64,000 nt of DNA from Eledone cirrhosa (lineage: Eukaryota). Below, in pieces: positions 30,001 to 42,088 of the stretch; the first letter of the stretch is position 1, and each line of letters begins with the position of its first letter. The position numbers and the translations under genes are program-made. The DNA is taken from the NCBI GenBank assembly GCA_964016885.1, contig OZ024748.1:35650001-35714000 (forward strand), given 5' to 3'. The notes under the pieces are model-generated. The model was not told the origin of the DNA. It ran no database searches and worked only from the letters and a program-made list of their open reading frames with translations.

Positions 30001-33000
30001 GTTGTTACTGTTGTAGTGCTATTATTACAGTTATTTGTTGTTACTGTTGTAGTGCTATTGTTACAGTTGTTATTGTTGTTGTTACCGTTGTAGTGCTATT
30101 GTTACAGCTGTTATTGTTGTTATTACTGTTGTAGTGCTATTGTTAGAGTTGTTGTTGTTACTGTTGTAGTGCTATTGTTACAGTTGTTTTTGTTGTTACT
30201 GTTGCAGAGCTATTGTTACAGTTGTTATTGTTGTTGTTACTGTTGTAGTGCTATTGTTACAGTTGTCATTGTTGTTGTTACTGTTGTAGTGCTATTGTTA
30301 CAGTTGTTATTGTTGTTGTTACTGTTGTAGTGCTATTGTTACAGTTGTTATTGTTGTTGTTACTGTTGTAGTGCTATTGTTACAGTTGTTATTGTTGTTA
30401 CTGTTGTAGTGCTATTGTTACAGATGTTACTGTTGTTACTGTTGTAGTGCTATTGTTACAGTTGTTATTGTTGTTGTTACTGTTGTAGTGGTATTGTTAC
30501 AGTTGTTGTTGTTACTGTTGTAGTGCTATTGTTACAGTTGTTATTGTTGTTGTTACTGTTGTAGTGCTTTTGTTAGAGTTGTTATTGTTCTTGTTACTGT
30601 TGTAGTGCTATTGTTACTGTTGTTGTTGTTCCTGTTGTAGTGCTTTTGTTACAATTGTTATTGTTGTTGTTACTGTTGTAGTGTTAATGTTACAGTTGTT
30701 GTTGTTACTGTTGTAGGGCTATTGTTACAGTTGTTATTGTTGTTGTTACTGTTGTAGAGCTATTGTTTCAGTTGTTATTGTTGTTGTTACTGTTGTAGTG
30801 CTATTGTTACACTTGTTATTGTTGTTGTTACTGTTGTAATGCTATTGTTACAGTTGTTGTTGTTACTGTTGTAGAGCTATTGTTACAGTTGTTATTGTTG
30901 TTGTTACTGTTGTAGAGCTATTGTTACAGTTGTTATTGTTGTTGTTACTGTTGTAATGCTATTGTTACAGTTGTTGTTGTTACTGTTGTAGAGCTATTGT
31001 TACAGTTGTTATTGTTGTTGTTACTTTTGTAGTGCTATTGTTACAGTTGTTATTGTTGTTGTTACTGTTGTAGTGCTATTTTTACATTGTTATTGTTGTT
31101 GTTACTGTTGTAGAGCTATTGTTACAGTTGTTTTTGTTGTTGTTACTGTTGTAGTGCTATTGTTACAGTTGTTATTGTTGTTGTTACTGTTGTAGTGCTA
31201 TTTTTACAGTTGTTATTGTTGTTGTTACTGTTGTAGTGCTATTGTTACAGTTGTTATTGTTGTTGTTACTGTTGTAGATCTATTGTTACAGTTGTTATTG
31301 TTGTTACTGCTGTAGTGCTATTGTTACAGTTGTTATTGTTGTTGTTACTGTTGTAGTGCTATTGTTACAGTTGTTATTGTTGTTGTTACTCTTGTAGTGC
31401 TATTGTTACAGTTGTTACTGTTGTAATGCTATTGTTACAGTTGTTGTTGTTACTGTTGTAGAGCTATTGTTACAGTTGTTGTTGTTGTTGTTACTGTTGT
31501 AGAGCTATTGTTACAGTTGTTATTGTTGTTGTTACTGTTGTAGTGCTATTGTTACAGTTGTTATTGTTGTTGTTACTGTTGTAGAGCTATTGTTACAGTT
31601 GTTATTGTTGTTGTTACTGTTGTAGTGCTATTGTTACAGCTGTTTTTGTTGTTGTTACTGTTGTAGTGCTATTGTTACAGTTGTTATTGTTGTTGTTACT
31701 GTTGTAGAGCTATTTTTACAGTTGTTATTGTTGTTGTTACTGTTGTAGTGCTATTTTTACAGTTGTTATTGTTGTTGTTACTGTTGTAGATCTATTGTTA
31801 CAGTTGTTATTGTTGTTAATGTTGTAGTGCTATTGTTAGAGTTGTTATTGTTGTTGTTACTGTTGTAGTGCTATTGTTACAGTAGTTATTGTTGCTGTTA
31901 CTGTTGTAGTGCTACTGTTACAGTTGTTATTGTTGTTGTTACTGTTGTAGTGCTATTGTTACAGTTGTTATTGTTATTGTTACTGTTGTAGTGCTATTGT
32001 TACAGTTGTTATTGTTGTTACTGTTGTAGTGCTATTGTTACAGTTGTTACTGTTGTTACTGTTGTAGTGCTATTGTTACAGTTGTTATTGTTGTTGTTAC
32101 TGTTGTAGTGCTATTGTTACAGTTGTTGTTGTTACTGTTGTAGTGCTATTGTTACAGTTGTTATTGTTGTTGTTACTGTTGTAATGCTATTGTTAGAGTT
32201 GTTATTGTTCTTGTTACTGTTGTAGTGCTATTGTTACTGTTGTTGTTGTTCCTGTTGTAGTGCTTTTGTTACAGTTGTTGTTGTTGTTGTTACTGTTGTA
32301 GTGCTAATGTTACAGTTGTTGTTGTTACTGTTGTAGTCCTATTGTTACAGTTGTTATTGTTGTTGTTACTGTGGTAATGCTATTGTTACAGTTGTTATTG
32401 TTGTTACTGTTGTAGTGCTATTGTTACAGTAGTTATTGTTGTTGTTACTGTTGTAGTGCTATTGTTACAGTTGTTATTGTTGTTGTTACTGTTGTAGTGT
32501 TAATGTTACAGTTGTTGTTGTTACTGTTGTAGGGCTATTGTTACAGTTGTTATTGTTGTTGTTACTGTTGTAGAGCTATTGTTTCAGTTGTTATTGTTGT
32601 TGTTACTGTTGTAGTGCTATTGTTACAGTTGTTATTGTTGTTGTTACTGCTGTAATGCTATTGTTACAGTTGTTGTTGTTACTGTTGTAGAGCTATTGTT
32701 ACAGTTGTTATTGTTGTTGTTACTGTTGTAGAGGTATTGTTACAGTTGTTATTGTTGTTGTTACTGTTGTAATGCTATTGTTACAGTTGTTGTTGTTACT
32801 GTTGTAGAGCTATTGTTACAGTTGTTATTGTTGTTGTTACTGTTGTAGTGCTATTGTTACAGTTGTTATTTTTGTTGTTACTGTTGTAGTGTAATTGTTA
32901 CAGTTGTTATTGTTGTTGTTACTGTTCTAATGCTATTGTTACAGTTGTTGTTGTTACTGTTGTAGAGCTATTGTTACAGTTGTTATTGTTGTTGTTACTG

Positions 33001-36000
33001 TTGTAGTGCAATTGTTACAGATGTTATTGTTGTTGTTACTGTTGTAGAGCTATTGTTACAGTTGTTATTGCTGTTGTTACTGTTGTAATGCTATTGTTAC
33101 AGTTTTTGTTGTTACTGTTGTAGAGCTATTGTTACAATTGTTGTTGTTGTTGTTACTGTTGTAGAGCTATTGTTACAGTTGTTATTGTTGTTGTTACTGT
33201 TGTAGTGCTATTGATACAGTTGTTATTGTTGTTGTTTCTGTTGTAGAGCTATTGTTACAGTTGTTATTGTTGTTGTTACTGTTGTAGAGCTATTTTAACA
33301 GTTGTTATTGTTGTTGTTACTGTTGTAATGCTATTTTTACAGTTGTTATTGTTGTTGTTACTGTTGTAGATCTATTGTTACAGTTGTTATTGTTGTTACT
33401 GTTGTAGTGCTATTGTTACAGTTGTTATTGTTGTTACTGTTGTAGTACTATTGTAACAGTAGTTATTGTTGTTGTTACTGTTGTAGTGCTATTGTTACAG
33501 TTGTTATTGTTGTTACTGTTGTAGTACTATTGTTACAGTTGTTAGTGTTGTTGTTACTGTTGTAGTGCTATTGTTACAGTTGTTATTGTTGTTGTTACTG
33601 TTGTAGTGCTATTTTTACAGTTGTTATTGTTGTTGTTACTATTGTAGTGCTATTGTTACAGTTGTTATTGTTGTTGTTACTGTTGTAGTGCTATTGTTAC
33701 AGTAGTTATTGTTGCTGTTACTGTTGTAGTGCTATTGTAACAGTAGTTATTGTTGTTGTTACTGTTGTAGATCTATTGTTACAGTTGTTATTGTTGTTAC
33801 TGTTGTAGTGCTATTGTTACAGTAGTTATTGTTGTTGTTACTGTTGTAGTGCTATTGTTACAGTTGTTATTGTTGTTACTGTTGTAGTGCTATTGTTACA
33901 GTTGTTACTGTTGTTACTGTTGTAGTGCTATTGTTACAGTTGTTATTGTTGTTGTTACTGTTGTAGTGCTATCGTTACTGTTGTTGTTGTTACTGTTGTA
34001 GTGCTATTGTTACAGTTGTTATTGTTGTTCTTACTGTTGTAGTTCTATTGTTACTGCTGTTGTTGTTACTGTTGTAGTGCTATTGTTACTGTTGTTGTTG
34101 TTACTGTTGTAGTGCTTTTGTTACAGTTGTTATTGTTGTTGTTACTGTTGTAGTGCTAATGTTACAGTTGTTGTTGTTACTGTTGTAGTGCTATTGTTAC
34201 AGTTGTTATTGTTGTTGTAATGCGATTGTTACAGTTGTTATTGTTGTTGTTACTGTTGTAATGCTATTGTTACAGTTGTTGTTATTAATGTTGTAGTGCT
34301 ATTGTTACAGTTGTTATTGTTGTTGTTACTGTTGTAGTGCTATTGTTACAGTTGTTATTGTTGTTGTTACTGTTGTAATGCTATTGTTACAGTTGTTGTT
34401 ATTACTTTTGTAGTGCTATTGTTACAGTTGTTGTTATTACTGTTGTAGTGCTATTGTTACAGTTGTTATTGTTGTTGTTACTGTTGTAGTGCTATTGTTA
34501 CAGTTGTCATTGTTGTTGTTACTGTTGTAGTGCTATTGTTAGAGTTGTTATCGTTGTTGTTACTGTTGTAGTGCTATTGTTACAGTTGTTATTGTTGTTG
34601 TTACTGTTGTAATGCTATTGTTACAGTTTTTGTTATTACTGTTGTAGTGCTATTGTTACAGTTGTTATTGTTGTTGTTACTGTTGTAGAGCTATTGTTAC
34701 AGTTGTTATTGTTGTTGTTACTGTTGTAATGCTATTGTTACAGTTGTTGTTATTACTGTTGTAGTGCTATTGTTACAGTTGTTATTGTTGTTGTTACTGT
34801 TGTAGTGCTTTTGTTACAGTTGTTGTTATTACTGTTGTAGTGCTATTGTTACAGTTGTTATTGTTGTTGTTACTGTTGTAGAGCTATTGTTACAGTTGTT
34901 ATTGTTGTTGTTACTGTTGTAGAGCTATTGTTACAGTTGTTATTGTTGTTGTTACTGTTGTAATGCTATTGTTACAGTTGTTGTTATTACTGTTGTAGTG
35001 CTATTGTTACAGTTGTTATTGTTGTTGTTACTGTTGTAGTGCTATTGTTACAGTTGTTGTTATTACTGTTGTAGTGCTATTGTTACAGTTGTTATTGTTG
35101 TTGTTACTGTTGTAGAGCTATTGTTACAGTTGTTATTGTTGTTGTTACTGTTGTAATGCTATTGTTACAGTTGTTGTTATTACTGTTGTAGTGCTATTGT
35201 TACAGTTGTTATTGTTGTTGTTACTGTAGTAGTGCTATTGTTAGAGTTGTTATTTTTGTTCTTACTGTTGTAGTGCTATTGTTACAGTTGTTATTGGTGT
35301 TGTTACTGTTGTAGAGCTATTGTTACAGTTGTTATTGTTGTTGTTACTGTTGTAGTGCTATTGTTACAGTTGTTATTGTTGCTGTTACTGTTGTAGAGCT
35401 ATTTTTACAGTTGTTATTTTAGTTGTTACTGTTGTAGATCTATTGTTACAGTTGTTATTGTTGTTACTGTTGTAGTGCTATTGTTACAGTTGTTATTTTT
35501 GTTGTTAATGTTGTAGTGCTATTGTTACAGTTGTTATTGTTGTTGTTACTGTTGTAGTGCTGTTTTTACAGCTGTTATTGTTGTCGTTACTGTTGTAGAT
35601 CTATTGTTACAGTTGTTATTGTTGTTACTGTTGTAGTGCTATTATTACAGTTGTTGTTGTTACTGTTGTAGTGCTATTGTTACAGTTGTTATTGTTGTTG
35701 TTACCGTTGTAGTGCTATTGTTACAGCTGTTATTGTTGTTATTACTGTTGTAGTTCTATTGTTACAGTTGTTGTTGTTACTGTTGTAGTGCTATTGTTAC
35801 AGTTGTTATTTTTGTTGTTAATGTTGTAGTGCTATTGTTACAGTTGTTATTGGTGTTGTTACTGTTGTAGTGCTATTGTTACAGTTGTTATTGTTGTTGT
35901 TACTGTTGTAGTGCTATTGTTACAGTTGTTATTGTTGCTGTTACTGTTGTAGAGCTATTTTTACAGTTGTTATTTTAGTTGTTACTGTTGTAGATCTATT

Positions 36001-37218
36001 GTTACAGTTGTTATTGTTGTTACTGTTGTAGTGCTATTGTTACAGTTGTTATTTTTGTTGTTAATGTTGTAGTGCTATTGTTACAGTTGTTATTGTTGTT
36101 GTTACTGTTGTAGTGCTGTTTTTACAGCTGTTATTGTTGTCGTTACTGTTGTAGATCTATTGTTACAGTTGTTATTGTTGTTACTGTTGTAGTGCTATTA
36201 TTACAGTTGTTGTTGTTACTGTTGTAGTGCTATTGTTACAGTTGTTATTGTTGTTGTTACCGTTGTAGTGCTATTGTTACAGCTGTTATTGTTGTTATTA
36301 CTGTTGTAGTTCTATTGTTACAGTTGTTGTTGTTACTGTTGTAGTGCTATTGTTACAGTTGTTTTTGTTGTTACTGTTGCAGAGCTATTGTTACAGTTGT
36401 TATTGTTTTTGTTACTGTTGTAGTGCTATTGTTACAGTTGTCATTGTTGTTGTTACTGTTGTAGTGCTATTGTTACAGTTGTTATTGTTGTTGTTACTGT
36501 TGTAGTGCTATTGTTACAGTTGTTATTGTTGTTGTTACTGTTGTAGTGCTATTTTTACAGTTGTTGTTGTTGTTACTGTTGTCGTGCTATTGTTACAGTT
36601 GTTATTGTTGTTACTGTTGTAGTGCTATTGTTACAGTTGTTATTGTTGTTGTTACTGTTGTAGTGCTATTGTTACAGTTTTTATTGTTGTTACTGTTGTA
36701 GTGCTATTGTTACAGTTGTTATTGTTGTTGTTACTGTTGTAGTGCTATTGTTACAGTTGTTATTGTTGTTACTGTTGTAGTGCTATTGTTACAGTTGTTA
36801 TTCTTGTTGTTACTGTTGTAGTGCTATTGTTACAGCTGTTATTCTTGTTGTTACTGTTGTAGTGCTATTTTTACAGTTGTTATTGTTGTTGTTACTGTTG
36901 TAGAGCTATTGTTACAGTTGTTGTTGTTACTGTTGTAGTGCTATTGTTACAGTTGTTGTTGTTACTGTTGTAGTGCTATTGTTACAGCTGTTATTGTTCT
37001 TATTACTGTTGTAGTGCTATTGTTACAGTTGTTGTTGTTACTGTTGTAGTGCAATTGTTACAGTTGTTTTTGTTGTTACTGCTGCAGAGCTATTGTTACA
37101 GTTGTTATTGTTGTTGTTACTGTTGTAGTGCTATTGTTACAGTTGTTATTGTTGTTGTTACTGTTGTAGTGCTATTGTTACAGCTGTTATTGTTGTTGTT
37201 ACTGTTGTAGAGCTATTT
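1..37218. repeat. Satellite array; consensus unit ACTGTTGTAGTGCTATTGTTACAGTTGTTATTGTTGTTGTT (41 bp) with 38- and 35-bp variants; runs off the left edge
   Basis: Unit read directly (e.g. starts at 36496 and 36537). Length variants differ by whole TTG triplets. Variants of the GTGCTA core include GAGCTA, GATCTA, ATGCTA and GGGCTA. The array ends abruptly at ~37218. Confidence 0.98.
9197..20012. repeat. 5,400-bp tandem duplication (higher-order block) inside the satellite
   Basis: Sequence lines are identical at offset 5400 (9241/14641, 9301/14701). ORF-track pairs recur at the same offset (10172/15572, 11049/16449, 13240/18640). Confidence 0.9.
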
Positions 37219-37374
37219 TTATCTTTTCTCTTCTATTCTCTGATTAAACAAATATTAGAGAAGCAAATCATATTTTTCCTTTGATACATATTGATTACGG
37301 CAAGACCCAGTCTTCGGTGACGCAACCACAATGATGATGATGTTGGTAATAACGCTAATAATAATTGTTATTGT

Positions 37375-37446
<72 letters not shown>
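37375..37446. repeat. (TAC)n microsatellite
   Basis: Pure trinucleotide run. Confidence 0.95.
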
Positions 37447-37507
37447 CATATTTATATTAATAAGAACGAGGAAGTTTCGTTTTCATGTATTTAGATTTTT
37501 ACTGTGT

Positions 37508-37601
37508 ATCGACCTGTTACGCACGTTTCGCGGAGGATTTGCTTAGGGTCACCCATAGAAGTTGTGGACTCCATTATTGATCTACTCTTTAGACTGGCGA
37601 T
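37508..37601 (-). ncRNA. Degenerate type I hammerhead ribozyme motif (core CUAAAGA, G5>A)
   Basis: Minus strand reads AUCGCCAGU-CUAAAGA-GUAGA...UCCGC-GAAAC-GUGC-GUA-ACAGGUCGAU. Helix I has 8 pairs with one mismatch and one bulge. Helix II is imperfect (GUAGA/UCCGC). Confidence 0.5.
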
Positions 37602-37639
37602 CCGACAAAAAAAATATATGTATATATATGAATCAGTAA

Positions 37640-39161
37640 AAAAATCCTAGACTGCGTTATACCAAAAGTTAAGCAAAACGCGAGACTTAGCCTATGGGTC
37701 AACACCCAGGAAGTTATCTCATGGTTCAGCAATATGGAGGACAAATGAGACACAAAATTCATTCAGTTTGACATGCTTCAATTACCTTACCGCTCCTTAC
37801 GGCCGCCTTGGACTTCGCCGAAACACTCGCGCCCATCACCGACCAGGAAAGAAATATCATCCTCCACGCCAGGAAGACTTCCTACTTTTCGACAACTCCA
37901 AATCGATAAAGAGAGCTCCTGACTCCCCCTTCGACGTCAGCATGGGCGCGACGGATTCGGCTGAGATCACAGATCTTATAGGATTATTCCTACTATTTAA
38001 ACTCACCGAAAGGTTTCCTGCATTCGGCGGTGGATTGTACCGTGATGATGGGCTCCTTACCCTCAAGGGTACAACCCCAGTAGTACGGACCGGGTCCGTA
38101 AACAATTAATCAGCTTATTCTGCGACTGGGGATTTAAAATAACCTTACAAACGTACCTAACCCGAGTAAACTTCCTCGACGTTACCCTTAACCTCAATAA
38201 TGATCTATACTACCCATACAGGAAACCAAACGACATCTACCGCCGGTCGAACCACCCTAGAAACATCACCAATAGCCTGGTTAAAAACATCTCCCTCCGC
38301 ATATCTCGTCTGTCCGCTAATGAGCAGATATTCGATGAACATGTGCCTTATTACAACCAGGCCCTCAAACGGAGTGGCTTCCGGGAGGAAATATCCTATC
38401 ATCCAGCTTCCATTAGCGGAACCAACAGGCGAAACCACCGTTCACGCAACGTAACGTGGTTCAATGCTCCCCACAATGCCGACGTGACAACACCTATCGG
38501 GAAAATCTTCTTTAGGCTCATCGAAAAACACTTCCCACTACAACACCGCTACCACAACATAATCAACAAAAACACCATTAAACTTTCCTACAGCACCACA
38601 CCTAACTTTGCACAACACATCGTCTCCTCTAACAACAAAAAATTCAACCCCTATGGAAGAAATAACCGAGACAACAGTGGAGAGCCGACCAGGTGGTGCA
38701 ACTGTCCTGATAGATCCCTTTGCCCCCTCAACAACAGATGCCGAGATCGTAATGTGATCTACCAGTGCAACGTGAGGACGGACACCTCCAACAAAGCTTA
38801 TATAGGATTAACTGCTTGTGACTTCAAGACCCGGCTCTACCTTCACAGCCATACTTTCCGAAACCCGGCCCGACGTCCCACCACTACACTCTCGGTCCAC
38901 ATCTGGGACCTCAAAGATAATAATATAACATACAATCTTACTTGGAGCTTACTGTCCAGAGCTAACTCTTACACGGGAGGACGCCGTCCGCGTAACTTAT
39001 GCTCGGAGGAAACATTACAAATGCTGTTTTCGAAGGACCAACTCCTAAACAAGAAAGACGAACTGGTAACTGCATGCAAACACAGATTGCGTAGGACTTA
39101 CCTCGCCCTCAAACCCCATAATGACCCGGGATGGGGGGGGGGGGGGGTAGACAAGGGCTGA
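37640..39161 (+). pseudogene. Penelope-type reverse transcriptase + C-terminal GIY-YIG endonuclease, frameshifted
   Basis: RT motifs LWVNTQEVISWF, FDVSMGATDSAEITDLIGLFLL, GGLYRDDGL and VNFLDVTL. Linker CNC-x5-C-x5-C. Endonuclease motifs VIYQC...YIGLT...FKTR...H and LNKKDELVTACKH. Spread over several frames. Confidence 0.9.
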
Positions 39162-39424
39162 AACACCCCACTTGCCGACTTTGTATGGGGTAACTCCTGC
39201 TTACAGAGGTAGACGTAACTTTTTTTATATTTTTTTAATCTTTTCCTCTATAATTCTTTCTTCACCCAATCTCTTCCTAATCCTTCCACCCCATCGGTCC
39301 TCTATAGCCTCACCCCCACCCCTAATTTTAAGATAGAATTGGCCGATTACGCTTTTTATAACAGATGTGTTAGACTCCACATAATTGCCTTCTTTCTGGT
39401 TGCTGCTCCATTTCCGTGGTTTCT

Positions 39425-39810
39425 AAATTTCTTAGTGGTATTTCTGCATTGGTATTCCTGTATTAGTATTTATTGTATTAGTATTCTGAATTAATATTTC
39501 GTATTAGTTTTTTAGTATGTTTGCCCTCAACTTATTAACCTGTCATTGTAAGATAGCATTGGCTGATTATTACTAACTATTGCAATGGTGTTTGACACCC
39601 TGTAAAGATGGCTTTATAAAATTCTTAGTGGTATTTTTGCTTTAGTATTCTTGGTATTAGTATATATTAGCATTCTGAATTAATAGTTCGTATTAGGTTT
39701 TTAGTATGTTTGTCCTCAACTTATTAACCTGTCATTGTAAGATAGCATTGGCTGATTACTACTAACTTTTGCAGTGGTGTCAGACCCCTTGTAAAGATGG
39801 CTTTATAAAG
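39425..39810. repeat. ~190-bp imperfect tandem duplication in the 3' UTR of Penelope copy A
   Basis: The block TTCTTAGTGGTATT...CAACTTATTAACCTGTCATTGTAAGATAGCATTGGCTGATTA...GTAAAGATGGCTTTATAAA occurs twice. Confidence 0.9.
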
Positions 39811-40255
39811 TGCTTTCACTACAATCCCGTATTTAGCATTTTTCTCCACCTATTAAACTTTTCTATAGCTTAACAATACCAATGAGAGATTTGGGGATTG
39901 TGGGGATGGAATAGTAACCAGAAATTGCTGTTTGTTTATATATTTGTTTTTTTAATGTATTTATCTCTTCATCTTTATAATGGCTCATTTGTTTACTCCC
40001 TATCGATTTACCTACTTTTTCAACCCCCCTCCCCTTCTCCAGTACACTTTTTCGACCTTCTATACACTATCCTTAGAATCTGCTGTATAGATTTCACTTT
40101 CAACGCTTGACTAGGCTTCCCCCACTCCCTCTTTGTTCTACCGGCAAGTTCAACTACCCCTACCTTCCACTAAATGCCATGATAGAATCAACTGCCTTTA
40201 CCACACATTTTTGACCAATCCTCTTGACAATTACTATCTTCCCATATATGGAATT

Positions 40256-40351
40256 ACCTCCTGAGAAGTTCGGCTATTTATTTACCAGGTTAAAAATTCT
40301 TATTTAGTCCAGAATTAGCCGTCGAACCGGCTTGAGCTCTGCCGTCGTGGT
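40256..40351 (+). ncRNA. Hammerhead motif of Penelope copy A, probably inactive
   Basis: ACCUC-CUGAGAA-G...CGGCUA...UAGCCG-UC-GAAC(C)GGC-UUGAGCUCU-GCC-GUC-GUGGU. GAAA is mutated to GAAC. Confidence 0.7.
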
Positions 40352-40377
40352 CATACTTGTTCCTATATATATATATA

Positions 40378-41950
40378 ACGAAGGAAATGTGGTAAGGAAC
40401 CAGGTGGGCCATAACGCACCAAAGTACTCAATACTTAGGGTAGTAGAGTGGGTAATAGGAACGAGTAGGACCCCGACGGCTGAGCTCAAGCCGTTTCGAC
40501 GGCTAATTCTGGACTAAATGAACATTTTTATCCTGGTATATGAATAGCCGAGCTTCTCAGGGGATAATTCCATATATGGTAAAAGTGATTGTCACAAGGA
40601 TTGGTCAAAAGTCTGTTGTTGAGACACAATTCTATCATGGCAATTTGTAAAGGAAGGGGTAGCTGAACCTGCCAGTAGAAGAAAGAGGGAGAGGGGGTGG
40701 AGGAAACCCAGTCGTGCGTTGATAGTGCCAACTACAGCAGGGCAGGAGGTCAAGGAAGTATACTAGGGAGGGAGAGGGGGAGGAAGTCGAAACAAAAAGT
40801 AAAACAATATGGGGTAAAAATATAGAAGAATACCGAGAATGTTAAAAAAAAACAATTAAATATAAAAAAAAAACAATTACTGGTTACTATTCCCCAACGA
40901 CAGCCATCAAGTCTCTGACTGGTACTGCTAGACTATAGAAAAGTTTACTAGGTGGGATGGAATTATAATGAGACCCTTTTAAGAGGTAGTAGTAATCAAC
41001 CGAGTATATCTTACGGTGACGGGTCAACAAGTGGGGGGGGGGGGGGGGCAAAATACTAAAGAAACTACCACGAAATAATAATTCAGAGTCCCGAGACCAA
41101 TACGAAATAATTGTTTCTACCCTAGGCACAAGGCCAGCAACCACCCAGTGCAAAATATAAACTAATACGAAATAATAAATCAGAATCCCGAAAAAGAATA
41201 CTAATAATATCTCTACGGGTGCCGCTACGATACAAAAATTCTAGTGCAAACTACATAAATGCTCGTACGAAGTATATGAAAAATTTGATACGGAAAATTA
41301 ATTCAGAATCCCCCCCCCCCCCCAAAAAAAAAATACTGATACACGAGAAATTAAAGCAATGATACCACTAAGAAATGTAGAAAGCACGGAAAAGGGGCAG
41401 CCATCGGATAAGAAAGCAAGTATCCGGGGTCTATCACATCTGCTATAAAAAGCGGAGTCGGCCAATTCTATCATAGAATAGGGGAAGGGGGTGGGGGTAC
41501 TGAGGCTACAAAGGACCGAGGGGCTGCCTCGGGTGGGCGAGAAAGTGAAAAGGACGACGACAAAGAAAGAGGACTGGGGTGGAAGGACTAGGAAGGGATG
41601 GGGGAAGAAGGAAATATAGAGGAAGCGATAAAAAGCTATAAAAGAAGATCTTACGTCTACCTTTGGAAGCAGGGGTTACCCATTACAAAGTCGGCAAGTG
41701 GGGTGTTACAGCCCCTGTCTACTCCCCGGGTCATTATGGGGTTTGAGGACGAGGTAAGTCCTACGCAATCTGTGTTTGCATGCAGTTTCCAGTTCGTCCT
41801 TCTTGTTTAGGAGTTGGTCCGTCGAAACCAACATTTGTAAAGTTTCCTCCGAGCATAAACTGCACGGACGGCGTCCTCCTGTGTAAGAGTTGGCTCTGGA
41901 CAGTAAGCTCCAAGTGAGATCATAGGTAATATTGTTATCCTTGAGGTCCC
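40378..41950 (-). mobile_element. Penelope-like copy B (same family as A), 5'-truncated within GIY-YIG, tail-to-tail with copy A
   Basis: Reverse complement of 41720-41950 matches the GIY-YIG C-terminus of copy A (DLKDNNITY...W.LLSRANSYTGGRRPCSLCSEETL...ELETACKHRLRRTY). The 3' UTR and hammerhead region are also homologous. Confidence 0.9.
40470..40565 (-). ncRNA. Type I hammerhead ribozyme (variant core CUGAGAA) of Penelope copy B
   Basis: AUCCC-CUGAGAA-G-CUCGGCUAUUC...GAAUUAGCCGUC-GAAAC-GGCU-UGAGCUC-AGCC-GUC-GGGGU. Helices I, II and III all pair; GUC cleavage triplet. Confidence 0.8.
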
Positions 41951-42083
41951 GGCGTCACGCCACCACACTATCGGGCCACATCTGTGACCTCAAGGATATT
42001 CATATACCAGGATAAAAATGTTCATTTAGTCCAGAATTAGCCGTCGAAACGGCTTGAGCTTAGCCGTCGGGGTCCTACTCGTT

Positions 42084-42088
<5 letters not shown>
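41951..42088 (+). mobile_element. Inverted 5' segment of Penelope copy B: short GIY-YIG piece joined to a partial inverted pseudo-LTR (3' half of the hammerhead)
   Basis: 41951-41997 encodes RHATTLSGHICDLKD (copy A: RPTTTLSVHIWDLKD). 41997-42088 is nearly identical to the reverse complement of 40455-40545. Confidence 0.8.

Larger units (their letters stand above)
37631..40368 (+). mobile_element. Penelope-like retroelement copy A (Naiad-like), 5'-truncated, with long 3' UTR and terminal hammerhead; flanked by TA-rich tracts
   Basis: RT and GIY-YIG remnants, then ~1.2 kb non-coding sequence ending in a hammerhead motif and (TA)n. Confidence 0.9.

Noticed and set aside
1-37218. Satellite as CRISPR array or telomeric repeat
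   Set aside because: There are no unique spacers or cas genes and the context is eukaryotic. There is no TTAGGG-type unit or G-run.
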